Source: an uncultured Gemmatimonadaceae bacterium (GTDB lineage: Bacteria > Gemmatimonadota > Gemmatimonadetes > Gemmatimonadales > Gemmatimonadaceae). From it: a DNA stretch of 64,000 nucleotides. Each line of letters begins with the position of its first letter. Position 1 is the first letter of the stretch. The translations under genes and the position numbers were made by a program. Location of the stretch: NCBI GenBank assembly GCA_963740355.1, contig CAVUDW010000002.1:1728001-1792000 (forward strand). Direction: 5' to 3'. The notes below the pieces were generated by a model. It ran no database searches and had not been told where the DNA came from. It saw nothing but the letters and a program-made list of their open reading frames with translations. Of the stretch, positions 28,590 to 37,993 are shown piece after piece.

Positions 28590-30266
28590 ATGATGTTGCG
28601 TCGAGTCGCCACGCTGCTGATCGCTGTTGCCCTGCCGTTCCTGGCGTCCTGCGTGACCCCGATGGGCTACCTCGGACCGCGTCCGGCGTTGGCTGTCGTG
28701 AACGCGCGGATCTGGACGGGAAGCACCGCCCGTCCGTGGGCGGAGGCGCTGGCGGTGGACAGTGCCGGACGGATCTCCTATGTCGGCACCTCGGTGCAGG
28801 TCGGTCGACTGGGCGCGGTCACGGTGATCGACGCGAAGGGCCAGATGGTGGTGCCGGGATTCATCGACGCGCATGTGCATTTCGTCGACGGAGGCTTTGC
28901 GCTGTCCTCGGTGCAGTTGCGCGATGCGAAGACGAAGGAGGAGTTCATCTCGCGAATCCGCGACTACGCGCGCACCCTGCCGAAAGGTGCGTGGATCACC
29001 AATGGTGATTGGGATCACACCAATTGGGGTGGGGAACTGCCGCGTCGTGACTGGATCGACTCGGTGACGCCCGACAATCCCGTCTGGATCAATCGGCTCG
29101 ACGGGCACATGAATCTCGCGAATTCGCTGGCGCTGAACGCGGCGCGGTTGACGCGCAGCGTGGCCGACGTGCCTGGCGGCGAAGTGGTCCGCGATGCATC
29201 GGGCGAACTGACCGGCGTGTTCAAGGACAACGCGCAGGACCTCGTCAATCGCGCAATGCCCGCGCCGCCCGCCGCGATCGAGGATCGCGCGCTGGATACG
29301 GCCATGGCCTACGTCGCGTCGTATGGCGTGACGAGCGTGCACAACATGGGGAGCTGGAATGACCTCGCCATTTTTGCTCGAGCACATGGCACACCACGCC
29401 AGAAGACGCGCATCTACGGCATGATCCCGCTGGCCGACTGGAAGCGACTGCGCGATACCGTCGCAACTCGTGGTCGCGGCGATGACTGGCTGCGCATCGG
29501 TGGGCTGAAGGGTTTCGCCGATGGGTCACTCGGCTCGCATACCGCCGCGATGTTCGATGGATTCACCGACAAGCCATCCGACAAGGGATTCTTCGTCACG
29601 CCACCCGAGAGCTTGTACGCCTGGACCTCCGGCGCTGACAAGGCCGGCCTGCAGGTGATCGTGCACGCGATCGGCGACCGCGCCATCTCGACGCAGCTCG
29701 ATGTCTTTGCGCGCGTGGCCAAGGAGAATGGGGCACGTGACCGTCGCTTCCGGATCGAACACGCGCAGCACATTGGGCGCGATGACGTCGGGCGCTTTGC
29801 GAAGCTCGGCGTCATTCCCTCGATGCAGCCCTATCATGCCATCGACGATGGGCGATGGGCCGACAAGGTGATCGGTGCCGATCGCGCGTCGCGCACCTAT
29901 GCTTTCCGGTCGTTGCTGGATGCGAAGGCATCACTCGCCTTCGGCTCGGACTGGTTCGTTGCGCCGCCGCGTCCGATGGAAGGCGTGTACGCGGCCGTGA
30001 CCCGCCGCACGCTCGACGAGGCCAACCCCAACGGGTGGGTTCCGGCGCAGAAGATCACGGTCGAGGAGGCACTGCGCGCCTACACACGCGGGAGTGCCTA
30101 CGCCGCGTTTGACGAGGCCAATCGCGGTACGCTCGACATCGGCATGCTGGCCGATTTCGCGATGCTGGAGCGTGACATCACCACGATTCCCCCGGCCGAC
30201 ATCCGCAACGTGAAGGTGACGCGGACGGTGGTTGGGGGGCGGGTGGTGTTCGAGCGGAAACCGTAG
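28590..30266 (+). CDS. Amidohydrolase_3 (YtcJ-like) metal-dependent hydrolase, probable lipoprotein
   Basis: LASC lipobox; PGFIDAHVH, KGFADGSLG, HAIGD, RIEHAQ and FGSDW. Confidence 0.92.
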   Translation: MMLRRVATLLIAVALPFLASCVTPMGYLGPRPALAVVNARIWTGSTARPWAEALAVDSAGRISYVGTSVQVGRLGAVTVIDAKGQMVVPGFIDAHVHFVDGGFALSSVQLRDAKTKEEFISRIRDYARTLPKGAWITNGDWDHTNWGGELPRRDWIDSVTPDNPVWINRLDGHMNLANSLALNAARLTRSVADVPGGEVVRDASGELTGVFKDNAQDLVNRAMPAPPAAIEDRALDTAMAYVASYGVTSVHNMGSWNDLAIFARAHGTPRQKTRIYGMIPLADWKRLRDTVATRGRGDDWLRIGGLKGFADGSLGSHTAAMFDGFTDKPSDKGFFVTPPESLYAWTSGADKAGLQVIVHAIGDRAISTQLDVFARVAKENGARDRRFRIEHAQHIGRDDVGRFAKLGVIPSMQPYHAIDDGRWADKVIGADRASRTYAFRSLLDAKASLAFGSDWFVAPPRPMEGVYAAVTRRTLDEANPNGWVPAQKITVEEALRAYTRGSAYAAFDEANRGTLDIGMLADFAMLERDITTIPPADIRNVKVTRTVVGGRVVFERKP

Positions 30267-30314
30267 GCGTTGCGCCCGCGGAGGACCATGAAGAGGTCAG
30301 CATCAGGGGGCCGC

Positions 30315-30622
30315 ATCAAGGGGTCAGGGGCGATCAAGGGGTCAGAGATCGTGTACTGGGATTTCGTGGCGTAAGGCGTTGTGCCGTATGGCGTTGCGCA
30401 TCGATCAAGGGGTCAGAGATCTTGATCGAGCTTTTCGCAGCGTAAATCGCGGCGCATCAAGGGGTCAGAGATCTTGCACTGGGATTTCGTGACGTAAGGC
30501 GTTGCGCCGCATGGCGTTACGCATCGATCAAGGGGTCAGAGATCTTGATCGATGGTTTTCGCGGCGTAAATCGCGGTGCCGCATAGCGTTACGCATCGAT
30601 CAAGGGGTCAGAGATCTTGATC
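30315..30622 (+). repeat. Tandem array of REP-like palindromic units (core GATCAAGGGGTCAGAGATCTTGATC)
   Basis: Cores at 30315 (partial), 30332, 30403, 30455, 30526 and 30598; spacing 71/52/71/72; spacers alternate between two types. Confidence 0.9.
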
Positions 30623-30656
30623 CTGCCATCGCCCCCGGTCACACGCCACACCGCAG

Positions 30657-31697
30657 TTAACGCATCAGTGTCGCGGGCGGCACCGCGACCCGACCAATCG
30701 TCCCCTGATCGGTGCCGAACCAGATCTGGCGGGTTGCAGGATCGAACGTCATGTGCCGGATCGTGTTCGGCCCAGGGCGACCCACCGGGATCTCCGCACC
30801 GAATGACTTCGTGCGCGGGTCGAACGCGACCAGCGTTGCCGGCGCATTGGTGCGGCCGTTCTGTGCGACCCAGATGATGTCGCGATCATCCGTCGCCATG
30901 CCGTAGGGCAGGGCGTTGCCACCGGCAGGCATTGGCCATTCGCGCGTGGCGCCACTCTTGGGATCGAGATGGCCGACGAACCCGCGTGAGTAGTCGCCCC
31001 AGTAGATCTGGTCGTCCGAGGTGATGGCGATGCGGCGCGGGCGCGTGCGTTCGTCACCCACGGCGTAGGTGCGGATCTGTGCGCTGCCCGGTTCGATGGT
31101 CGCCAGCTTGTTGGTGCCGAACAGGTCGAACCACGGCTGCCCGCGCGAGTCGAGCACGATGCCATAGGGACGTGAGCCTTCGCCTGTGCGCCAGAGACGG
31201 AAGCGGCCGGACGCTGGATCGAATCGACCGACGACGCCAGAATTCTGCGCCGTGAACCAGGCGATGCCGGTCCGCTTGTCGAAAATCATCGTGTGTGGAT
31301 CGCGCACCGTGCTGTCTGGAATCATGAACGTCGTGAGCTTTCCCGTGCTCGGGTCGAGCTTCACGATGCGGTTGTTGCGATTGCCGGTGAACCAGACCAT
31401 TCCCTTTTCGACGACGAGATTATGCGGGTTGGTCCCCGCCTCGATCTCGTAGCGACGGAACTGTCCAGTGCGGGTGTCGAGGTGGGCGATGTAGTTGCCG
31501 TTCTGCCCGACGAACCAGACGCGCCCCTCGGCATCGGCATAGGGATCGCGCGGGCGGGAGTCGGCGCCGTAGGGCACGGTCCACTCGCGGAGCACAGGCG
31601 GTGCGGCAGCGGCTGCGGCCCGCTGCGCGCGTAGTGTGGCGCTCTGGGCGAAGGTGGCGAGGGACGCGACGAGGCTGACGGCGACGGCAATACGCAT
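30657..31697 (-). CDS. Exported virginiamycin B lyase (Vgb)-like beta-propeller protein
   Basis: GGGGAG RBS; signal peptide; repeated P..I..d..G.VWF blades (SRPRDP..GRVWFVGQ, SRPYGIVLDSRGQPWF). Confidence 0.8.
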   Translation of the reverse strand: MRIAVAVSLVASLATFAQSATLRAQRAAAAAAPPVLREWTVPYGADSRPRDPYADAEGRVWFVGQNGNYIAHLDTRTGQFRRYEIEAGTNPHNLVVEKGMVWFTGNRNNRIVKLDPSTGKLTTFMIPDSTVRDPHTMIFDKRTGIAWFTAQNSGVVGRFDPASGRFRLWRTGEGSRPYGIVLDSRGQPWFDLFGTNKLATIEPGSAQIRTYAVGDERTRPRRIAITSDDQIYWGDYSRGFVGHLDPKSGATREWPMPAGGNALPYGMATDDRDIIWVAQNGRTNAPATLVAFDPRTKSFGAEIPVGRPGPNTIRHMTFDPATRQIWFGTDQGTIGRVAVPPATLMR

Positions 31698-31755
31698 GAG
31701 GGCTCCCCGGGAATGGATTCTCAATCTAAGTGCTGGCGTCGTTCAAGGGACCAGC

Positions 31756-32062
31756 GATCAAGATCTCTGACCCTTGATCGGGGGCTAAGCCGATCAGCGG
31801 CAATGCGTTACGCGCGGAATTGCGTGATCAAGATCTCTGACCCCTTGATCGGGGCTCAGCCGATCAGCGGCAATGCGTTACGCGCGGAATTGCGCGATCA
31901 AGATCTCTGACCTCTTGATCGGGAGCTAAGACGATCAGCGGCAATGCGTTACGCGCGGAATTGCGCGACCAAGATCTCTGACCCCTTGATCGGGAGCTAA
32001 GTCGATCGGCCGCAATGCGTTAAGCGCGGAATTGCGCGATCAAGATCTCTGACCCCTTGATC
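31756..32062 (-). repeat. Second tandem array of the same REP-like unit, inverted relative to the first
   Basis: GATCAAGATCTCTGACCCCTTGATC-like cores at 31756, 31826, 31896, 31967 and 32038; period 70-71 bp; near-identical spacers. Confidence 0.92.
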
Positions 32063-32209
32063 GGGTCCCGTTGATCGGCCCCCTCGATCGCACCAATCCC
32101 AACCACGGTGAGCCGAAATCGGCCCCAACTGCGCGTGAGTGAATGAGGACGCATCCGATCTGGCTCCGTCGGGAGCCCGGCCGCTCCGCCACCCCCGCTC
32201 ACCGCACCA

Positions 32210-33268
32210 ATGCCCCGTGACGCTGTCACGTTCGTCTGGCCTGGCGACCTGCATCTCGACGTCGCTGGACGCGACAACCACTCCACCGCGCTCTGGATGG
32301 CCGACGAGGTGTCGGCGCTCATCCGGCCTGACTTCGTCCAGTTCGCCGGCGACAACGTGCAGCACGCGCGTGATGCGGAGTGGGAGCTATTTGCGGAAGT
32401 CACCGGCCGGCTCACCGTACCGTGGCACGCGCTCGTGGGAGATCATGACGCGCACCACGATCCAGGATGCCATGCCTACCAGGCGCGGATTGGCCCGACG
32501 CACAAGGCCTTCACCGTCGGTGGTATCCGCTTCATCTGCCTCAATTCGATGCAGAGCAAGCCACTCGGCATGAGCGCCGAGCAGGTGTTGTGGTTCCGCT
32601 TCGAGGTGGATGCCGCCGTGCAGCGTGGCGAACGCGTGGTGGTGTTCCAGCACCACTACCCGTTCCAGATCCTCGAGGATTTCGGCAACGCCCCCGGCAT
32701 GGCGCAGTGGCGGAAGATCATGCAGACGCGACCGATCGCCGCGGTGTTCTCAGGCCATACGCACTACGGCCAGATGGCCAACGATGGTCGCAATGTCTAC
32801 GTCGCAACGCGGTCGATCGGTGAGCCCGAAGGAGGGCCGGCCGGCTATTCCATCGTGACCATCGACGATGATTCGCTGGCGGTGACGTACCGGAGCGTCG
32901 AGGACCGCGGTCCTGCAGTGCAAATCACCTCGCCGCGGCGACTGATCCTGGCCACGACGGCCAGGCATGTGGTCACCGGGCCGACGGAGGCATCCGTACG
33001 GCTCTGGTCGAGCGTGCCAGTGGCGAAAGTGGAAGGTCGCATCGACGGCGGTTCGTGGAATGCGTTTGCCGCCAGCCGCGATGGAGTCTGGCGTCGGAAG
33101 ATCGATGGAGCGGCACTGACGAAAGGACAGCACACGCTCGAAGTGCGTGCCACGGACGACACCGGCGCTGTTGGCAGCGACGCGCTGGTGTTCATGGCCG
33201 ACATCACCGGCCGCTTCAACCCCGTGCCGGCGGTGGACCCGGTGGTCACGACCACGAAGTTCTGCTGA
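32210..33268 (+). CDS. Calcineurin-like metallophosphoesterase with C-terminal Ig-like domain
   Basis: GDLH, AGDN, GDHD, HH and GHTH motifs; C-terminal GQHTLEVRATD. Confidence 0.85.
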   Translation: MPRDAVTFVWPGDLHLDVAGRDNHSTALWMADEVSALIRPDFVQFAGDNVQHARDAEWELFAEVTGRLTVPWHALVGDHDAHHDPGCHAYQARIGPTHKAFTVGGIRFICLNSMQSKPLGMSAEQVLWFRFEVDAAVQRGERVVVFQHHYPFQILEDFGNAPGMAQWRKIMQTRPIAAVFSGHTHYGQMANDGRNVYVATRSIGEPEGGPAGYSIVTIDDDSLAVTYRSVEDRGPAVQITSPRRLILATTARHVVTGPTEASVRLWSSVPVAKVEGRIDGGSWNAFAASRDGVWRRKIDGAALTKGQHTLEVRATDDTGAVGSDALVFMADITGRFNPVPAVDPVVTTTKFC

Positions 33269-33318
33269 CGCAGCGTACCGATTCGCCACCCGCGACGACA
33301 CCTACACGCCTCCCGCCA

Positions 33319-34623
33319 ATGACGCCCAGCGCAGCTCCCGCATCCGAGTCACAGCAGGACGAGAGCTTTCTCTCGGTCCTTTACGACATCACCAAGAAGC
33401 ACCCGGTGATCTTCATCGCGCTCTTCATGCTGCCGCTGATGGCGCTGCTGATTTCACTCGGCATGAAGTGGCACTATGTGTTCACCGACACGCAGCATTA
33501 CCTGAGCAACTTCTCGATGGACAGCACCGGGAAGTGGAGTGATGCGCATCCCTACTTCAACCCGGGCGTCGATCGGTACGTGCGCGAGCTCGACATCGCC
33601 GGCCTGCTGGGCGGCGTGGTCGGCATCTTCGTCGGCCTATACATCACCGTGACCACCGAGAAGCTGAATCGGCAGAAGGACCGCTTGAACCAGCAGGAGA
33701 TGGACCGCATCAAGACGCAAACGAGTCTCCTGGTGCAGGCGACGGAGTCGCTGAATACGCTCATGATCGACGTCAGCGGCAAGGTGAACGAGAAGGTGCA
33801 GCTGATGGAAGGCACGGGTGAAGTGCTCTCCGGAATCACGAAGGTCATCGAGTCGGTGCGCTCGCAGGGCAACAACCTGCTGGTGCTCTCCAATACCGCG
33901 CGAATCGAGGGGATTTCGCAGTACCGCATGGAGTACGTCGCCAAGCACGCGAACCTGAAGCCGCACGAGCTCAAGAACGCCACCCAGTTCGACTACGCGC
34001 GCAAGGCCGAGTCGCTCCAGCGGGACTGTGCCGACGTCGAGAACAAGTTGAAGGAGGTCTCGATCTACCTTCGAAACCTCGGGGCTGATGCGCGGGTGCA
34101 GTTCGTCACGCTGAACGACCAGCCGCAAGGTGTCGGACTGCCGTTCATGAAGTACCTCGGCAAGGTCTTCAATGAACATGTCATCGTCGAGACGTATCGG
34201 CCTGGCAGCAATTCCGTGCTCAACCAGATGGAAGGGGTGCCGCATCACAAGCGTTTCCTGGTGCCGAGCACCAGTGGCGAACAGGACAACCCGCAGGAAG
34301 TCCTCGTGCAGCAGTTGAATCAGCAGCAGGGACAGGCGATACACGAAATGCAGGAACTGGGCATCCGTGTCACCCGCATCGCGAAGACCTTGCCGGTGCA
34401 GCTCTTCATCTCGGCGCCGCTCGAGAACAAGCCGGGCATCTACAAGGGGCTCTGCGTCTGCATCCTCGGCAGCGGGTCGAGCACCAGCGGCCGCGCGTCG
34501 AAGCTGACGGCCTTCCTCACGGATGATCCGCACATCGTGGCCTCGATGACCGAGCTGTTCTACGACTACGAGAACGATGCCCAGATGGCGACACGTGAGT
34601 TCATGCGCCCGGTCCTGACGTGA
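33319..34623 (+). CDS. Hypothetical protein: 2 TM helices, coiled coil, C-terminal globular domain
   Basis: ~434 aa ORF with gene-like codon usage; two hydrophobic segments; no confident family assignment. Confidence 0.7.
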   Translation: MTPSAAPASESQQDESFLSVLYDITKKHPVIFIALFMLPLMALLISLGMKWHYVFTDTQHYLSNFSMDSTGKWSDAHPYFNPGVDRYVRELDIAGLLGGVVGIFVGLYITVTTEKLNRQKDRLNQQEMDRIKTQTSLLVQATESLNTLMIDVSGKVNEKVQLMEGTGEVLSGITKVIESVRSQGNNLLVLSNTARIEGISQYRMEYVAKHANLKPHELKNATQFDYARKAESLQRDCADVENKLKEVSIYLRNLGADARVQFVTLNDQPQGVGLPFMKYLGKVFNEHVIVETYRPGSNSVLNQMEGVPHHKRFLVPSTSGEQDNPQEVLVQQLNQQQGQAIHEMQELGIRVTRIAKTLPVQLFISAPLENKPGIYKGLCVCILGSGSSTSGRASKLTAFLTDDPHIVASMTELFYDYENDAQMATREFMRPVLT

Positions 34624-34648
34624 CCCGCTGCACGAACGGGATCGCCCA

Positions 34649-36451
34649 ATGAGCACTCTCCACCTAGTGAAGAAGCTCTGGCCCTTCATCAAGAAGTACC
34701 AGGGAAGCCTGGTGCTGGCACTGGTGCTGACGATGATCGGCGCGGTGCTGGCACAGGTCACTCCGTTGGTGATGGAGTACTCCGTCAACACGGTGCAGGG
34801 CTTGCTCGACAAGCCAGTGGACCAGCCGCAGATCCTGCGCATCGTCGGCACGCTGGTGGCGGTGCTGCTGGGCAAGGAGGTCCTCAGCCTGCTGATCCAG
34901 CTCTGGCAGAAATACCTCAGCGATGGCATCCGCTTCCGGATGGCGGGTGATCTCTACAACTACACGATCCATCGCATCATCTCGTACCACCTGTCGTTCT
35001 TCGCGCTGCCGAACAACCAGACCGGCAAGCTGGAAAAGCGCATCGACAAGGGTATCGAGAGCATCACGAAGACGATCAAGAACATGTTCGTGGACATCCT
35101 GCCGATGCTCGCCAATGCCGGCCTGGCACTGATGCTGATCTACAAGAAGAATTTCTGGGTCGGCGTGGTCGCGTCACTGGTACTGCCGCTGTATGCGTGG
35201 ATCAGCCGCGCGCAGACGCTGCGGCAGAAGAGCATCCGTCGGAGCATCCAGCATGTGCGGGAGGAAAAGACGAACTCCCTGTTCGGGTTGCTGGAGTCGA
35301 TCTTCGTCGTCAAGTCGTTCGTTCGCGAGGGCTACGAAACGCATCGGCAGCAGGTGCTGAACGGCAGCCTGGTCACGAACGAGATCACGCACCATCGCAC
35401 GAACTATCTCTTCGATGGCCTGAAGGGCATCGCTGAGCAGGTCGGGATCATGATGGTCTTCACCCTCACGATCTACTTCGTGCTCAACCACGAAATGACC
35501 GTCGGTGCGATCCTGCTGCATATCATGCTGTTCAACAATGTGTCGGCGCCGGTGCGCCACCTGCACCGCATCTACGACGAATACACGGAGGCGCTGACGT
35601 ACTCCGAAGGCTTCTTCGAGATGATCGAGACCGACGGCTACCTGCCGCGCACCGGTGGCGTCACCAGTGACACGTTGCGTGGCGACTTCGTGTTCGAGAA
35701 CGTGGATTTCATCTATCCGAACGGCAAGCAGGCGCTCAAGCGGGTGAACTTCGAGCTGCAGCGCGGCCGGACGACCGCGCTGGTAGGACTCTCCGGGGCG
35801 GGCAAGAGTTCGGCGATGAACCTGCTGGCGGGGTTCTACGAGCCGACCGCCGGGCGCGTGCTTCTTGATGGCGCGGACCTCCGCTCATTCGATGCGGATT
35901 GGGTGCGCGAGAATGTCGGGCTGGTGATGCAGAAGAACCATATCTTCGCCGGTACGGTCGCGGAGAACATTCGCTACGGCCTGCTCCAGGCCACGCAGGA
36001 GCAGATCGAGGCAGCGGCGCGGAAGGCCAGCCTGCACGAGCAGATCCTGCAGATGCCGCATGGGTACGAGACCCAGGCGCGCGAGTTGTCCGGTGGTCAG
36101 CAGCAGCGGATCGCGATCGCGCGGCTCTTCCTCAAGAACCCGCCGATCATCTTCTTCGATGAGCCGACCGCCAGTCTCGACGCGATCACCACCGAGCAGA
36201 TCAAGGAGAGCATCGACGCGGTGAAGCACAATCGCACGGTGCTGATCATCTCGCACAACATCAGCCAGATCATGGACGCCGACTCGATCTACGTCATGAG
36301 CGAGGGGGAGATCGTCGCCAACGGGACGCACGAATCACTGTACCGGGACGGCGGCTTGTACCGTAGCATCATCGACTCCAACGCCCGTACCCTCAACATC
36401 GGCCGCCTCGCCGCCACCGTCCTGCCGCAGCCCGCCGTCGCGCTCGCGTAG
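34649..36451 (+). CDS. ABC transporter, fused permease/ATPase (exporter type)
   Basis: N-terminal TM domain; GLSGAGKS Walker A, LSGGQQQR signature, IIFFDE Walker B, IISH. Confidence 0.93.
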   Translation: MSTLHLVKKLWPFIKKYQGSLVLALVLTMIGAVLAQVTPLVMEYSVNTVQGLLDKPVDQPQILRIVGTLVAVLLGKEVLSLLIQLWQKYLSDGIRFRMAGDLYNYTIHRIISYHLSFFALPNNQTGKLEKRIDKGIESITKTIKNMFVDILPMLANAGLALMLIYKKNFWVGVVASLVLPLYAWISRAQTLRQKSIRRSIQHVREEKTNSLFGLLESIFVVKSFVREGYETHRQQVLNGSLVTNEITHHRTNYLFDGLKGIAEQVGIMMVFTLTIYFVLNHEMTVGAILLHIMLFNNVSAPVRHLHRIYDEYTEALTYSEGFFEMIETDGYLPRTGGVTSDTLRGDFVFENVDFIYPNGKQALKRVNFELQRGRTTALVGLSGAGKSSAMNLLAGFYEPTAGRVLLDGADLRSFDADWVRENVGLVMQKNHIFAGTVAENIRYGLLQATQEQIEAAARKASLHEQILQMPHGYETQARELSGGQQQRIAIARLFLKNPPIIFFDEPTASLDAITTEQIKESIDAVKHNRTVLIISHNISQIMDADSIYVMSEGEIVANGTHESLYRDGGLYRSIIDSNARTLNIGRLAATVLPQPAVALA

Positions 36452-36494
36452 GAGTGTACCGGAACAGTGCCCTGCGAACGGGCGCAGTAGAGAA

Positions 36495-36931
36495 GAAGTG
36501 CAACTGAGAAGTGCAACGGCGAAGTGCAACTGAGAAGTGCAACTGAGAACTGCAACTGCAATGGGGGGGAGGCCACGGAGCTCACGGAGTGCTCGGCAGG
36601 CAACCTTCCGTGAGTCGCAACCCATGAGGAATGGTTTGAGAAGGGCGGATGCATCTTCCTTTCTCAGTCTCGATGATTGCGAAGCGGGAGTGCTCGTTGA
36701 TGGAGCTACTCCGTGAGCTCCGTGGCCTCCCGCTCACATTGCAGTTCCTCCCGAGCTACGTGAACGCAGCGCCACGAGCACCGTGGCCTCTCGCCCACAT
36801 TTCCGAAAAGAGGAGGCGAGAAACGACGGCTCGCCATGGAGCTACTCCGTGAGCTCCGTGGCCTCCCGCTCACATTGCTGTTCCTCCCGCGATGCTAGCG
36901 AACGCAGCGCCACGAGCTCACCGTGGCCTCC
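36495..36931. repeat. Composite intergenic repeat region
   Basis: 5 imperfect copies of the 13-mer GAAGTGCAACTGA (36495-36559). GGGAGGCCACGGAGCTCACGGAGT at 36567 with inverted copies at 36708 and 36844. A ~92-96 bp direct repeat at 36700 and 36836. Confidence 0.85.
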
Positions 36932-36938
36932 CCAAAAT

Positions 36939-37910
36939 TCAGAACCGATCCAGATCCTTGGCCGAGACGATGCGGCCGGCATAGCGGGATCGTACTTCGG
37001 CCACCAGCGTGCTGTCGGAGGCACCGAAGTAGAGCTGATGGTAGAGCACCAGCACGCCCGGTCGCGCCGCCGTTGCGATGTCGCCGAGTTGCGTGGCGGA
37101 GGTGTGCGCCTGCGCGTGGTAGACCTGGCGGAGCGGCGGGATGGTGGCGAAGCCGGAGTTGGAGTAGACCTCGTGCACGAGGATGTCGCAGCCGTTGCAC
37201 TCACGCGCGATGGCGGGATTGGTGCGGTCGTCGCCACTGATCACGATCACACGATCGGGCGTCTGGATCCGGTAGCCGAAGGCCTGTTTCCACCCCGCGT
37301 GCGGCACCGCGAAGGCACGGATCGTCACCCGGGCATCGGTATAGATCGTCCCTTCGGTGATTTCGTGCACATTCGCCCTGTACGCATCAGGCGCTGGCCC
37401 TGCAGACGCCGCGATGCGTTCCGCGAGATCCTCGGCATACGCGTCGACGATACCGTCCGCGAGGTGCCTTGTGCCAGCGGGGCCGTACAACTCGAGACGT
37501 GTCTTGCGACCCTGAATCCATGGCGTGAACAGCACATCGTTCAGCCCCATGGTGTGATCGGAGTGCAGGTGCGTCACGAAGAGCAACCCAAGTCGTGCAG
37601 GCTGCAAGGCGATGACACCGGTTCTCGCAGCCGCTGCCGCGCGGCGCACGATCCCGGTGCCGGCGTCAAATAGATAGGCGACGCTATCCACCACCACGGC
37701 GACCGCTGGCCCGTTGCGCTCCGGATCGGGAATCGGCGTGCCTGTGCCGAGGATGATGACCTGCGTTCGCGCCTGTGCAACCGCGCCGACCGGCGCGAGC
37801 GAAGCGAGTGCTGTCAGCATCAGGGCGACGATCCGGATCACCGCACGGGATCGCATCGCAGTTGATCGCATCGCTGTCGATCGCATCGCATTCGATCGCA
37901 TCACAGACAT
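36939..37910 (-). CDS. Exported MBL-fold hydrolase (RNase Z/AtsA-like)
   Basis: GGAGG RBS; ILGTGTP, THLHSDH, ISGD, LVHE and LVLYH motifs; signal peptide. Confidence 0.88.
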   Translation of the reverse strand: MSVMRSNAMRSTAMRSTAMRSRAVIRIVALMLTALASLAPVGAVAQARTQVIILGTGTPIPDPERNGPAVAVVVDSVAYLFDAGTGIVRRAAAAARTGVIALQPARLGLLFVTHLHSDHTMGLNDVLFTPWIQGRKTRLELYGPAGTRHLADGIVDAYAEDLAERIAASAGPAPDAYRANVHEITEGTIYTDARVTIRAFAVPHAGWKQAFGYRIQTPDRVIVISGDDRTNPAIARECNGCDILVHEVYSNSGFATIPPLRQVYHAQAHTSATQLGDIATAARPGVLVLYHQLYFGASDSTLVAEVRSRYAGRIVSAKDLDRF

Positions 37911-37993
37911 CTGTGCCTCCACGCCGTGTTGCTACTCGTGAGACGCGCGGTCCGGCGGCGAGCCGACGTCGCTCGCCGCGGCCATTTTGAACC

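Noticed and set aside
30315..32062. CRISPR array interpretation of the 25-bp repeats with ~46-bp spacers
   Set aside because: The spacers are copies of one another rather than unique, the two arrays are inverted, and no cas genes are present.
33263..33321. Possible Cys-Sec (TGC-TGA) readthrough at the end of the metallophosphoesterase
   Set aside because: No convincing SECIS hairpin, and the extension is short and uninformative.
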